DNA from: an uncultured Bacteroidales bacterium
GTDB taxonomy: Bacteria > Bacteroidota > Bacteroidia > Bacteroidales > UBA932
DNA length: 64,000 nucleotides
Direction: 5' to 3'
Assembly (NCBI GenBank): GCA_946415345.1
Contig: CAMKRY010000001.1
Coordinates: forward strand, 2,115-66,114
The notes below the pieces were generated by a model, which did not search any database, was not told the origin of the DNA, and saw only the letters and a program-made list of their open reading frames with translations. Shown here one piece after another: positions 49,872-59,755 of this stretch. The stretch's first letter is position 1. Every line of letters starts with the position of its first letter. Both the position numbers and the translations under genes were made by a program.

Positions 49872-51548
49872 ATGGCAGACGAAAAGATCATCTTCTCGAT
49901 GAACGGGGTATGCAAAATCTTGCCCCACAACAACAAAGTCATCCTCAAGGACATCTACCTCGGCTTCTTCTACGGCGCCAAGATCGGCATCATCGGTCTG
50001 AACGGCGCGGGTAAGTCCACTGTCCTCAAGATCATCGCCGGCGTCGAAAAACCGACCCGCGGCGAGGTCGTATGGGCCCCCGGCTACAGCGTCGGCTACC
50101 TTGAGCAGGAGCCGCAGATGGACCCGGACAAGACGGTCCTCGAGGTGGTCCAGGAAGGCGTCCAGGAAGTGATGGACGTGCTCGCGGAGTACAACGAGAT
50201 CTCCATGAAGTTCATGGAACCGATGGACGACGACGCCATGAACGCCCTCATCGAGCGCCAGGGCGAGCTAACCGAGAAGATCGAGCACCTGGGCGGTTGG
50301 GAGATCGATTCCAAACTGGAAAGGGCCATGGACGCCCTCCAGTGCCCGCCGTCGGAGGCACTTATCAAGAATCTCTCCGGCGGTGAACGCCGCCGCGTCG
50401 CCCTTTGCCGCCTGCTCCTCCAGCAGCCCGACGTGCTGCTTCTCGACGAGCCCACGAACCACCTTGACACCGAGTCGATCCAGTGGCTGGAAGCCCATCT
50501 GCAGCAGTACAAGGGCACGGTCATCGCCGTCACCCACGACCGCTACTTCCTCGACAACGTTGCCGGCTGGATCCTCGAACTGGACCGCGGCGAGGGCATC
50601 CCGTGGAAGGGCAACTACTCCTCCTGGCTCGACCAGAAGACCAAGCGCCTCGCCGTCGAGGAGAAGCAGGAAAGCAAGCGCCGCAAGACCCTCGAGCGCG
50701 AACTCGAATGGGTCCGCATGGCCCCGAAGGCGCGCCAGGCCAAACAGAAAGCCCGTCTCGGCGCCTACGAAAAGCTTGCATCCGCCGACCAGAAGCAGAA
50801 GGAGCAGAACCTCGAAATCTATATCCCGAACGGTCCGCACCTCGGCAACAAGGTCATCCAGTTCAAGGACGTATCCAAAGCCTACGGCGACAAGCTTCTC
50901 TTCGAGCACCTGAGCTTCGAGCTGCCGCCGGCCGGCATCGTCGGTGTCATCGGCCCGAACGGCGCGGGAAAGACGACCCTCTTCCGCCTGATTATGGGCA
51001 TCGAGAAGCCCGACACCGGCTCCATCGAAATCGGCGACACCGTCAAGATTTCCTACGTCGACCAGCAGCACCGCAGCATCGACCCCGACAAGACCGTCTA
51101 TGAGACCATCGCCGGCAACAGCGAATGGGTCCGCCTCGGCGGCCGCGACATCAACGCCCGCAGCTGGGTCTCCCGCTTCAACTTCAGTGGCGCGGACCAG
51201 GAAAAGCTCTGCGGCGTCCTCTCCGGCGGCGAGCGCAACCGCCTCCATCTTGCGCTGACGCTGAAGGATGAAGGCAACGTGCTCCTTCTCGACGAACCGA
51301 CCAACGACGTGGACGTCAACACGATCCGCGCCCTGGAGGAAGGCCTCGACGGCTTTGCCGGCTGCGCCGTCGTCGTCTCCCACGACCGCTGGTTCCTCGA
51401 CCGTATCGCCACGCACATCCTCGCCTTCGAGGGCGACTCCCAGGTCGTCTTCTTCGACGGCAACTACTCCGAATACGAGGAGAACAAGAAAATGCGCCTC
51501 GGCAACGTCGAGCCCAAGCGCTTCAAGTACAAAAAGCTGATGGAATAG
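49872..51548 (+). CDS. ettA: energy-dependent translational throttle protein
   Basis: GAKIGIIGLNGAGKST, two ABC domains, PWKGNYSSWL, ELEWVR linker. Confidence 0.93.
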   Translation: MADEKIIFSMNGVCKILPHNNKVILKDIYLGFFYGAKIGIIGLNGAGKSTVLKIIAGVEKPTRGEVVWAPGYSVGYLEQEPQMDPDKTVLEVVQEGVQEVMDVLAEYNEISMKFMEPMDDDAMNALIERQGELTEKIEHLGGWEIDSKLERAMDALQCPPSEALIKNLSGGERRRVALCRLLLQQPDVLLLDEPTNHLDTESIQWLEAHLQQYKGTVIAVTHDRYFLDNVAGWILELDRGEGIPWKGNYSSWLDQKTKRLAVEEKQESKRRKTLERELEWVRMAPKARQAKQKARLGAYEKLASADQKQKEQNLEIYIPNGPHLGNKVIQFKDVSKAYGDKLLFEHLSFELPPAGIVGVIGPNGAGKTTLFRLIMGIEKPDTGSIEIGDTVKISYVDQQHRSIDPDKTVYETIAGNSEWVRLGGRDINARSWVSRFNFSGADQEKLCGVLSGGERNRLHLALTLKDEGNVLLLDEPTNDVDVNTIRALEEGLDGFAGCAVVVSHDRWFLDRIATHILAFEGDSQVVFFDGNYSEYEENKKMRLGNVEPKRFKYKKLME

Positions 51549-51560
51549 CCGCAGACTGCA

Positions 51561-54500
51561 ATGGCCAGGGAAAAGAAGGCAAATGGCGGAGAGAAAAGGC
51601 GCACGGGACGGAAAATCGTCTCGCGCGTGTTCGGCGTGCTGCTGATCCTGGTGATCGGCGGCGTGCTGGCGCTGCAGCTGCCTGCCGTGCAGTCCTATCT
51701 TGCCCGAAAAGCTCTGGAACGCTTTACGGCCGGCATTGATGGCGAAATCCAGTTCGAGTCGATCCAACTGCGTCCTTTCCATGGCTTTACTGCCCGCGGC
51801 GTTGTCGTGCTTGACCGCCATCCTTATGAGAGCGGTGCCCTGGGGAAAGCCCCCGACACGCTTCTGCAGATCGGCTCCGCGAGCGCCACTTTCAATCTTC
51901 TCAATCTATTCTCCGGCGGCGTTTTACCCGTGCGTAATGCCGAGCTCAACGACGTTACAATGAACCTCGTTCTCGCCCCGCAGCGGGACAGCAGCGAGGC
52001 CAGGCTCAATCTGGTCCGCATGTTCGGTTTGGACCGGGAAAGCGAGGACAAGGCCAGGATCCGGCTCAACTGCCGGAATCTCCATGTCCGGAATGCCCGT
52101 CTGCTGTTCAAGGATTATGAGGCCCTGGAGGCGCGAGATTCTCTCGACTCCCCTGCCGGCACCGATCTGGCCGATCTGGATCTGCATCTCGATCTATCTG
52201 CGGCGGACATTTCCGTCAATGAAGATGTATATGCAGCGAAGATCCGCAGTTTGACATTCCGGGAGAAAGGTGGCCTGGCGGTGACAGATGGCAGCGGTCG
52301 CTTCAACATGGGACCGACCGGCGCGGAACTGACGCGATTCCTCCTGGATAATGGAGCGGGAACGAGGCTGGATGTCCCGCGCTTTGCTCTGGCGTATGAA
52401 AACGGACTCGATGATGCCTTGGCAAACGTGGCGGACAATCTCGGCATTGAGCTCGAACTGAACGAATCCTCCTTTGATATTCAGAGCCTGGCCCCTGTCC
52501 TGCCTGCGCTTGCCGACCGCCGTTTCCAGGCTCGCTTTAAGGGGAAGGCGGAAGGAACGCTCAATAACCTCCGGATCCCGATGTTCCGTCTTCTCGGCAC
52601 AGACAGCGGTATTTCCGGCCTGTTGACCGGCAAGGCCCGCAACCTGACGGATATCGACCGTCTGCGCTTCGACCTGTCCCTGGATAATCTGCGCGCCAGT
52701 GCCTCCGGTATCGACAAACTCGTCAGCGGCCTCGTTCCCGGCAAAGATCTCAAGCTGCGTCAGCATTATGGCAGCGGCATGGTGACGGCATCGGCCTTCG
52801 CCTCCGGCTCGCTGGAAGATATGACGCTCAAGGCGCAGGCGCGCGACGCCTCCGGCGGCAGAATCCATTTCGACGGCAAGCTCGCGCATCTCCTTTCCGA
52901 CTCCCCTGTCGCTCTCGATGGTACGGCCGGCTCCTCTCGCTTGAACCTGGGCCGGATTCTCGGCGTCGAAGATCTCGGTGAAGTGACTGTGGAGTCCCGC
53001 CTTACAGCCGAACTCAAGCCGACCGGTCCCGAGGCCAAGATCTTCTCGCTGAGCCTCAGCCAACTCGAATTCGCCGGCTATAGCTATGGTCAGATCTACG
53101 CTACGGGCATCCTCGGGCGCAATTCCTACAAAGGCAGCATCGTCTCGCGCGACCCGAATCTCGACTTCCTCTTCGGCGGCCAGATTACCCTCCCGACCGA
53201 TTCGCAGGACGGCAAATATGCCTTCACGGCCGATGTCGGCTATGTCGACCTGTCCGCCCTCCATCTAGACAGCCGGGAGGTGGCCCAGCTCGACTTCCGC
53301 CTCGTCGCGGACTATCGCCAGACCCCGGACGGGGACTTCCATGGGGATGTCCATGTTCGCAACCTTAATCTCAAGGACGACGCCGGCATGCACCATGTCG
53401 GCAATATCAGCATTCATTCCTCCTCGGCGGAGGGCGACCACCGCATGGATCTGACCTCCCGCTTTGCAACCGGCACTTTCCGGGGAACGGAAAGCGTGGG
53501 CCGCTTTGTCACCGACTTGCTGGATGCGACCGTCCGCAAGGATCTTCCGACCCTGGCGGGAGAACCGGCCGGCGACCCGGAAGGGCGCGGCAGCTATCGT
53601 GTCGACTTCCTCCTCGGAAATACCCGTGAAATCATCCCGTTCTTCCTCCCGGACATGTATGTGGCGGAGAATTCCCGTTTCGGTCTGGATCTTTCCCGCG
53701 ACGGTCTCCTGGATGCCCAACTGACCTCCGACGGCCTGGTTTATGGCAACATCTTCGCCAAGAACCTCGACATCAGCCTTGACAATGCGCAAGGCTGGCT
53801 GACCGCGGGCGGCTATGCAGATGAAGTGGGCCTCGGTGACATGAGTCTTGGGGATAACCAACTGGCCGCCTATGCGGCAGAGAATGCTGTTGATATCCGC
53901 TACAGCTTCGACATCGAAGGGGCGCAACCGGGCGACAACGGCGACCTCCACCTTCGCGGTTTCCTCAGCAGGGATGTCTCGGATGATGGCGACGAGGTGG
54001 TTCTGACTGCCGATGTCCCCTCCTCCCGTATCGTTTTCTACGGGACGCCCTGGGACCTCGTGGCGAGCCGCATCCGCTATCGCGACGCCGATCTAGAACT
54101 CGACGGCATGCAACTGTCCTCCGGCACCCAGTCCCTCCGTGCCGACGGACGGATCTGCCAGATCGATGATGCCGTCCTGAACTTGCAACTGAGCGATTTC
54201 GACATGGCGATGGTGAACCGCCTCCTTGACGAATACAACCTCGGTCTCGACCTCCAGGGCCGTCTCTCGGGCCGTGCCCAGCTGGTCTCTCCTTTTGAGG
54301 ATATCCCCAATCTCGTGGCGCGGCTGAGCTGCGAGAATACCCATGTCGGCGGCTATGCCCTCGGTAAGCTCGATTTCGACAGCGAATACCAGGATGACGA
54401 GGAACGGTTTGTCGTTCGCCTTCGGGACGATGCCCAGCACCTGCGCGCCAACGGTTACCTCTACCCCTCCAGCGGATCCCTCAATGTCGGCCTGAATCTC

Positions 54501-56165
54501 GCGGACTTCCCTCTGGGCTGCATTGCCCCGATGATTACAGGCGTCTTCAGCGACTTTGAGGCCAATCTTACCGGACGTATCAATGTTTACGGAACGCTGG
54601 ACCAGCCCCGTTTCTACAGTTCAGACCTGATGGTCAGCGACGGCCTTATGCAGCTGGCCTTCTCCGAAGTTCCCTATTTCATGGACGGCGAACTGCTCCT
54701 GCAGGGCGACCGCATGCTCTTCGATTCGCTGAAGGTCCGCGACCGTTATGACGGTACGGCTCGGGTGCTGGGCGGTCTCCATTATCCGGAACTCACCCGC
54801 GCTGCTTTCCGTTGCAAGATGGACATCGAGGCAGACCGGCTCGAATGCCTGGATCTCGGCCGCCAGCAGGGCGAACTCTACTACGGTAACCTGTTCGGGA
54901 CTGGCAAGGTCCGCATCGACGGCGACCTGGAGCGCCTCGGTATCAAGGTGGATGCCCGCACATCCCGTAACGGCACCCTCCATATCCCGTTCGACTATTC
55001 CACCGACGCACGGGCCGGCGATCTGCTGCGTTTCGTCGAGCCGCCGAAGGAAGTGAAGGTCAATCCGCTCGATTCCATCATCATCCGCAAGCGCAGTGTT
55101 GAAGGAAAGCATACCGCCGTCGACCTCGACCTCCACATCAATGCGACGCCAGACGCCCAGGTTCTCCTGGAACTCGACCCCTCTACGGGCAATGTCCTGA
55201 GCGCCCGGGGCGAAGGCCGTCTCGACATCGGCTACCACAACGACGACTTCACGATGAACGGCGACTATACGGTCAGCACCGGCAACTACCACTTCTCCGC
55301 CATCGTCGCCACGCGCGATTTCAACATCGAAAGCGGCAGTTCTGTCCATTTCAACGGCGATATCTACGATTCCGACCTCGATATCAAGGCCACCTATTCG
55401 ACCCGCGCATCGCTGGCGCCGCTGCTGGCCGACTCGACGACAACGCGCGTACCGGTCGAATGCAAGATTGCCGTCACGGAGAAGCTCCGCAATCCGGCCG
55501 TCGAACTCAACATTGAAGTGCCGCAGCTTGACCCGACAAGCCAGGGCATGGTTTCCGCCGCTCTTAACAACCAGGACAACATCCAGCGACAGTTCCTGGC
55601 CCTGCTTCTCAGCGGCACCTTCCTGCCCTCCGAAGAAAGCGGCGTGACCGGCAACAATTCCAACCTCCTCTTCTCGAACGTTTCCGGCATCATGTCCGAC
55701 CAGCTCAACACCATTCTCCAGAGCCTCGGCATCCCGCTGGACCTCGGTCTCAATTATGAGCCCACGCAGGCCGGCAACGACCTCTTTGACGTGGCGATCT
55801 CCACGCAGCTCTTCAACGACCGCGTCATCGTCAACGGAAGCGTCGGCAACCGTCGCTATACCGGCGCGGGCCAGGGAGACGTCGCCGGCGACCTCGACAT
55901 AGCCGTCAAACTGAACAAAAGCGGTTCGGTCCGGGCGACCTTCTTCTCGCACTCTACTGACCAGTATACCAATTACCTCGACACCTCCCAGCGAAACGGC
56001 GCCGGTTTCTCCTTCCAGAGAGAGTTCTCCTCCTTCGGCAGCTTCTTCCGCAGCCTCTTCCTCGGCCAAGGCTGGAACGCCAGCCAGGAGTCCGTGGTGA
56101 ACGGGAACGATGTCACCATTACCATAAACCCTCCTGACTATGATCCTCCGCGAAGAGAAAGGTAA
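51561..56165 (+). CDS. tamB: translocation/assembly module TamB-like protein
   Basis: N-terminal signal anchor LQLPAVQ, 1534-aa beta-taco-like body, C-terminal DUF490-like region (LFNDRVIVNG). Confidence 0.82.
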   Translation: MAREKKANGGEKRRTGRKIVSRVFGVLLILVIGGVLALQLPAVQSYLARKALERFTAGIDGEIQFESIQLRPFHGFTARGVVVLDRHPYESGALGKAPDTLLQIGSASATFNLLNLFSGGVLPVRNAELNDVTMNLVLAPQRDSSEARLNLVRMFGLDRESEDKARIRLNCRNLHVRNARLLFKDYEALEARDSLDSPAGTDLADLDLHLDLSAADISVNEDVYAAKIRSLTFREKGGLAVTDGSGRFNMGPTGAELTRFLLDNGAGTRLDVPRFALAYENGLDDALANVADNLGIELELNESSFDIQSLAPVLPALADRRFQARFKGKAEGTLNNLRIPMFRLLGTDSGISGLLTGKARNLTDIDRLRFDLSLDNLRASASGIDKLVSGLVPGKDLKLRQHYGSGMVTASAFASGSLEDMTLKAQARDASGGRIHFDGKLAHLLSDSPVALDGTAGSSRLNLGRILGVEDLGEVTVESRLTAELKPTGPEAKIFSLSLSQLEFAGYSYGQIYATGILGRNSYKGSIVSRDPNLDFLFGGQITLPTDSQDGKYAFTADVGYVDLSALHLDSREVAQLDFRLVADYRQTPDGDFHGDVHVRNLNLKDDAGMHHVGNISIHSSSAEGDHRMDLTSRFATGTFRGTESVGRFVTDLLDATVRKDLPTLAGEPAGDPEGRGSYRVDFLLGNTREIIPFFLPDMYVAENSRFGLDLSRDGLLDAQLTSDGLVYGNIFAKNLDISLDNAQGWLTAGGYADEVGLGDMSLGDNQLAAYAAENAVDIRYSFDIEGAQPGDNGDLHLRGFLSRDVSDDGDEVVLTADVPSSRIVFYGTPWDLVASRIRYRDADLELDGMQLSSGTQSLRADGRICQIDDAVLNLQLSDFDMAMVNRLLDEYNLGLDLQGRLSGRAQLVSPFEDIPNLVARLSCENTHVGGYALGKLDFDSEYQDDEERFVVRLRDDAQHLRANGYLYPSSGSLNVGLNLADFPLGCIAPMITGVFSDFEANLTGRINVYGTLDQPRFYSSDLMVSDGLMQLAFSEVPYFMDGELLLQGDRMLFDSLKVRDRYDGTARVLGGLHYPELTRAAFRCKMDIEADRLECLDLGRQQGELYYGNLFGTGKVRIDGDLERLGIKVDARTSRNGTLHIPFDYSTDARAGDLLRFVEPPKEVKVNPLDSIIIRKRSVEGKHTAVDLDLHINATPDAQVLLELDPSTGNVLSARGEGRLDIGYHNDDFTMNGDYTVSTGNYHFSAIVATRDFNIESGSSVHFNGDIYDSDLDIKATYSTRASLAPLLADSTTTRVPVECKIAVTEKLRNPAVELNIEVPQLDPTSQGMVSAALNNQDNIQRQFLALLLSGTFLPSEESGVTGNNSNLLFSNVSGIMSDQLNTILQSLGIPLDLGLNYEPTQAGNDLFDVAISTQLFNDRVIVNGSVGNRRYTGAGQGDVAGDLDIAVKLNKSGSVRATFFSHSTDQYTNYLDTSQRNGAGFSFQREFSSFGSFFRSLFLGQGWNASQESVVNGNDVTITINPPDYDPPRRER

Positions 56166-56859
56166 ACTCTATCTCATCCCCTCGCCCCTCGGCGAGAATG
56201 ATCCGGCGGAAGTGATTCCCGCGCCGGTGTTGTCCCGTCTGCAGCAGATCAAGGTCTATGTCGCCGAAGAGGTTCGGACCGTGCGCCGCTATCTCTCCCG
56301 TGCCGGTCTCAAGGGCCATATCGAGGAGCTGCAGTTCCATACCCTCAACGAGCACACGACGCAGCAGGAGGTCGAAAGCTACCTTCATCTCTTTGATGGC
56401 GGGCAGGATGTCGGTCTCATCTCCGAGGCGGGACTCCCGGCCGTCGCTGACCCCGGAGCCGCCCTGGTGGCGCTCTGCCAGCGCCATGGCATTGAAGTGG
56501 TTCCCTTTGTGGGCCCCTCCTCCCTGATGCTGGCCCTGATGGCCTCCGGCCTGAACGGTCAGTGCTTCTCCTTCCGGGGCTATCTTCCCGCCAAGACGGA
56601 AGAACGCCGCAGTGCCCTCCGCGGCCTCGAAAAACGCTCCGCCGCCGAACGGGAGACCGAAATCTTCATCGAAACGCCCTATCGCAACGACGCCATGCTG
56701 GCAGACCTGCTTTCCACCCTTCGCGATTCGACCCGCCTCACCCTGGCCGCCGACATCACCCTGCCGACGGAGTGGATCCGAACCCATACCGTCCGGGAAT
56801 GGAAAGCCTTGAAACCGGCTGTCGGCAAGCGTCCCTGCGTATTTCTGATCCTTGCCTGA
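56140..56859 (+). CDS. RsmI-like SAM-dependent (tetrapyrrole methylase fold) methyltransferase
   Basis: LYLIPSPLG, SEAGLPAVADPG, GPSS, FIETPYRN. Confidence 0.85.
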   Translation: MILREEKGKLYLIPSPLGENDPAEVIPAPVLSRLQQIKVYVAEEVRTVRRYLSRAGLKGHIEELQFHTLNEHTTQQEVESYLHLFDGGQDVGLISEAGLPAVADPGAALVALCQRHGIEVVPFVGPSSLMLALMASGLNGQCFSFRGYLPAKTEERRSALRGLEKRSAAERETEIFIETPYRNDAMLADLLSTLRDSTRLTLAADITLPTEWIRTHTVREWKALKPAVGKRPCVFLILA

Positions 56860-56860
56860 C

Positions 56861-58114
56861 ATGCCGCGCATTGCCTATCATACCCTGGGCTGCAAGCTCA
56901 ATTTCGCCGAGACGTCGACCTACCGCCGCGGTCTGGAAGCCGTCGGCTGCACGACCGTCCCCTGGAGCGCCGAAGCGGACGTCTATGTCCTGAACAGCTG
57001 CGCCGTCACGACCGTCGCCGAGAAGAAATCCCGCGGCCTGGTCCGTAACGTCCATCGCCGCTGCCCCGCAGCCAAGATCGTCGTCACCGGTTGCTACGCC
57101 GCTCTCCGCCCCGACGAAATCCGCGCCATCGACGGGGTCGCCCTGGTCCTCACCGACAAGGAAAAGACGGAGCTGGTGCCGCGTACATTGGCTTTGTTCG
57201 CAGACCCTGTCATTCCGAGCGGCAGCGAGGAATCTGTATCGCAGCTGCCCATGTTACCCGCCTATTCCGCTGGTGACAGGACGCGGTCGTTCCTGAAGGT
57301 ACAGGACGGGTGCGACAATTTCTGCGCGTACTGCACGGTGCCGTATGCCCGGGGTCGGAGCCGCAATCTGCCGCTTTGCGAGATTGTCCGGCAAGCGAAG
57401 GATATTGCGGCGCAGGGTGTGAAGGAAATCGTTCTGACGGGCGTGAACACGGGCGATTTCGGGCGGAGTACGGGCGAGTCCTTCCTGGACCTGCTGAAGG
57501 CGCTGAACGAGGTCGACGGCATTGCCCGCTACCGGATTTCTTCCATCGAACCCAACCTCCTGACCGAGGAGATCATCGACTGGATTGCCTCCGGGACCAA
57601 GTTCCTCCCCCATTTCCATATCCCGCTGCAGAGCGGCAGCGACTGGGTGCTCAAAAACGTCGGCCGGCGCTATGATACGGCGCTTTTTGCCTCGCGCATC
57701 GACCGCATCCGTGAGAAGATGGGCGACAGGGTCTTTTTCGGCATCGACATTATCGCCGGCCTGCCCGGCGAGACAGAGGAACGCTTTGAGGAGGGCTACC
57801 GCTTCCTGGCGGAACGGATCCGTCCTGCGTATCTGCATATCTTCCCCTATTCGCCTCGTCCTGGGACCCGCGCGGCCAAGATGCCGGACCAGGTGCGCGA
57901 CGGCATCAAAACGGAGCGGGTGGCCCGTCTGGAGGCCCTTTGCGAGGATCTTCATGCCGAATTCGTCGCTTCCTGCAAGGGAATGCACGAAACCGTTCTT
58001 TGGGAGGCGGCGGAGAAGGACGGAAAGATGGAAGGATATACCGGCAACTATATCCGGCTGGAGCGGCCCTATGACCCCGCCCTGGCCGGTCAATTGGAGG
58101 AGATTGTACTATGA
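56861..58114 (+). CDS. mtaB: tRNA methylthiotransferase
   Basis: TLGCKLNFAE, LNSCAVT, VTGCYA, LKVQDGCDNFCAYC, YSPRPGT. Confidence 0.88.
   Translation: MPRIAYHTLGCKLNFAETSTYRRGLEAVGCTTVPWSAEADVYVLNSCAVTTVAEKKSRGLVRNVHRRCPAAKIVVTGCYAALRPDEIRAIDGVALVLTDKEKTELVPRTLALFADPVIPSGSEESVSQLPMLPAYSAGDRTRSFLKVQDGCDNFCAYCTVPYARGRSRNLPLCEIVRQAKDIAAQGVKEIVLTGVNTGDFGRSTGESFLDLLKALNEVDGIARYRISSIEPNLLTEEIIDWIASGTKFLPHFHIPLQSGSDWVLKNVGRRYDTALFASRIDRIREKMGDRVFFGIDIIAGLPGETEERFEEGYRFLAERIRPAYLHIFPYSPRPGTRAAKMPDQVRDGIKTERVARLEALCEDLHAEFVASCKGMHETVLWEAAEKDGKMEGYTGNYIRLERPYDPALAGQLEEIVL
57208..57235 (+). repeat. REP type A in frame within mtaB
   Basis: TGTCATTCCGAGCGGCAGCGAGGAATCT, 24/28 identical to intergenic 2570-2597; encodes VIPSGSEES. 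Confidence 0.8.
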
Positions 58115-58977
58115 ACGGACCCAAACTGACCTTTTTCGGCACCGGGACCTCGCTGGGCGTCCCGATCAACGGCTGTCACTGCGAAGTCTGCACCAGCCCC
58201 GATCCGCGCGACAAGCGCTTCCGCTCCGCCGCTTTTGTGCAGTGGAACGGCCTGCAGATCCTCGTGGACGCCGGTCCTGATTTCCGCATGCAGATGCTGG
58301 CGCACGACGTCTGCCATCTCGACGCCATTCTTCTGACCCACAACCACAAGGACCATACGGGCGGCCTGGATGATGTCCGCGCGCTCAATTATGTCGACCG
58401 TCGGGCCATGGAGATTTACTGTGAGCAGCGCGTCCTGGATTACCTCAAGATCGACTACGGCTACGCTTTCGCCGAAAAGAAATATCCGGGCGCCCCGGAA
58501 TGGCATGTCCATCTGATTGACGAGCGGTCCTTCCGCGTCTTCGATACGCGGCAGGCTCCCGTCCTCGAGTGGGTCCACGATGTCGGCTATCGCTATGTCC
58601 CCGTGGAAGGCGTCCAGGAAGAACCGGAATCCGTCGAGGTCATCCCGATCCGCGGCTACCATGACCAACTGCCGGTGCTCGGTTTCCGTTTCGGCGACAT
58701 CGCCTACATTACCGACATGTCCCGCCTCCCCGATGAGGAACTCTCTAAACTGCAGGGCCTTCGGCATCTGACCCTCAATACCGTCAGCTATAAGCCCCAC
58801 CACAGCCATTTCTCGCTGGATGAGGCCATCGCCCTTTCAGAACGTATCGGTGCGGAACATACCTGGCTGACACATCTCAGCCACACCTTTCCCCGGCACG
58901 AGCTATTTGCAAAAAACCTTGCCGCCCGGACAGGAGGCAAGGTTCTTCCGGCCTTTGACGGCCTTACGATTGAATAA
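58111..58977 (+). CDS. MBL-fold metallo-hydrolase (PhnP-like)
   Basis: GTGTSLGVP, CxCxxC, THNHKDHTGGLDD, YITD, THLSH. Confidence 0.88.
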   Translation: MNGPKLTFFGTGTSLGVPINGCHCEVCTSPDPRDKRFRSAAFVQWNGLQILVDAGPDFRMQMLAHDVCHLDAILLTHNHKDHTGGLDDVRALNYVDRRAMEIYCEQRVLDYLKIDYGYAFAEKKYPGAPEWHVHLIDERSFRVFDTRQAPVLEWVHDVGYRYVPVEGVQEEPESVEVIPIRGYHDQLPVLGFRFGDIAYITDMSRLPDEELSKLQGLRHLTLNTVSYKPHHSHFSLDEAIALSERIGAEHTWLTHLSHTFPRHELFAKNLAARTGGKVLPAFDGLTIE

Positions 58978-58979
58978 GA

Positions 58980-59663
58980 TTATTCGAGCGTGCCGTTGTT
59001 GGCAGCCTCGATCATGTCCTCGTTGGCGGTGATGTAGATCTCGACGCGGCGGTTCTGGGCGCGGCCTTCGGCGGTCTCGTTGTCAGCGACCGGGAAGTCG
59101 TAGGCAAGACCCTGGGCGGTCATACGGCTGGTGGCGATACCGCATTTCTTGAGATACTTCTCGACAGCGTCAGCGCGGTTGTTGGAAACCTTCTGGTTCA
59201 CCTCATAGGTACCGGTGTTGTCCGTGTGACCGTAGATGGTGATGTTGGTCTCCTCCATGTCGGCCATCTTGTTGGCGAATTCCTGAAGCTCGGCCTTGGC
59301 GGAAGCGGAAAGCTCAGCCTTGTTGGTGTCGAAGAGGATACCGCCGTTGAAGGTCACCTTGATGCCCTTGAAACCGTTGACGTCCTCGACGGTCTCAATC
59401 TCGGCGTTCTGGAGAGCGGCGAGTTCTTCGGCCTTCTTGTCCATCTTCTTGCCGATGAGAGCACCTGTGCCGGCGCCAGCGGCCGTACCGATGGCAGCAC
59501 CGATGGCAGCGCTCTTGCCGTCCTTACCGATCAGGTAGCCGATACCGGCACCGAGAGCGGCACCTGCGCCGGAGCCGATCAGGGCACCGTTGGTGAGGTT
59601 GGACCATGCGCCGCAACCGACGATGAGCGGAGCGCAGACGAGGAAAAGGATGATTTTCTTCAT
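58980..59663 (-). CDS. OmpA-family lipoprotein with glycine zipper
   Basis: GAGAALGAGIG zipper, GHTDNTG, QNRRVEI. Confidence 0.9.
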   Translation of the reverse strand: MKKIILFLVCAPLIVGCGAWSNLTNGALIGSGAGAALGAGIGYLIGKDGKSAAIGAAIGTAAGAGTGALIGKKMDKKAEELAALQNAEIETVEDVNGFKGIKVTFNGGILFDTNKAELSASAKAELQEFANKMADMEETNITIYGHTDNTGTYEVNQKVSNNRADAVEKYLKKCGIATSRMTAQGLAYDFPVADNETAEGRAQNRRVEIYITANEDMIEAANNGTLE

Positions 59664-59755
59664 AGTTGTAAGGTATTAAGTGTTTGTGTTAAATGTCATG
59701 TTCGACCGATAAAGATAGCAATTTTATCAAACTAACACAAACTTTTCACCCCTTT

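Noticed and set aside
58530-58640. Extra segment in the MBL hydrolase as another repeat insertion
   Set aside because: No inverted repeat or REP similarity; normal codon usage
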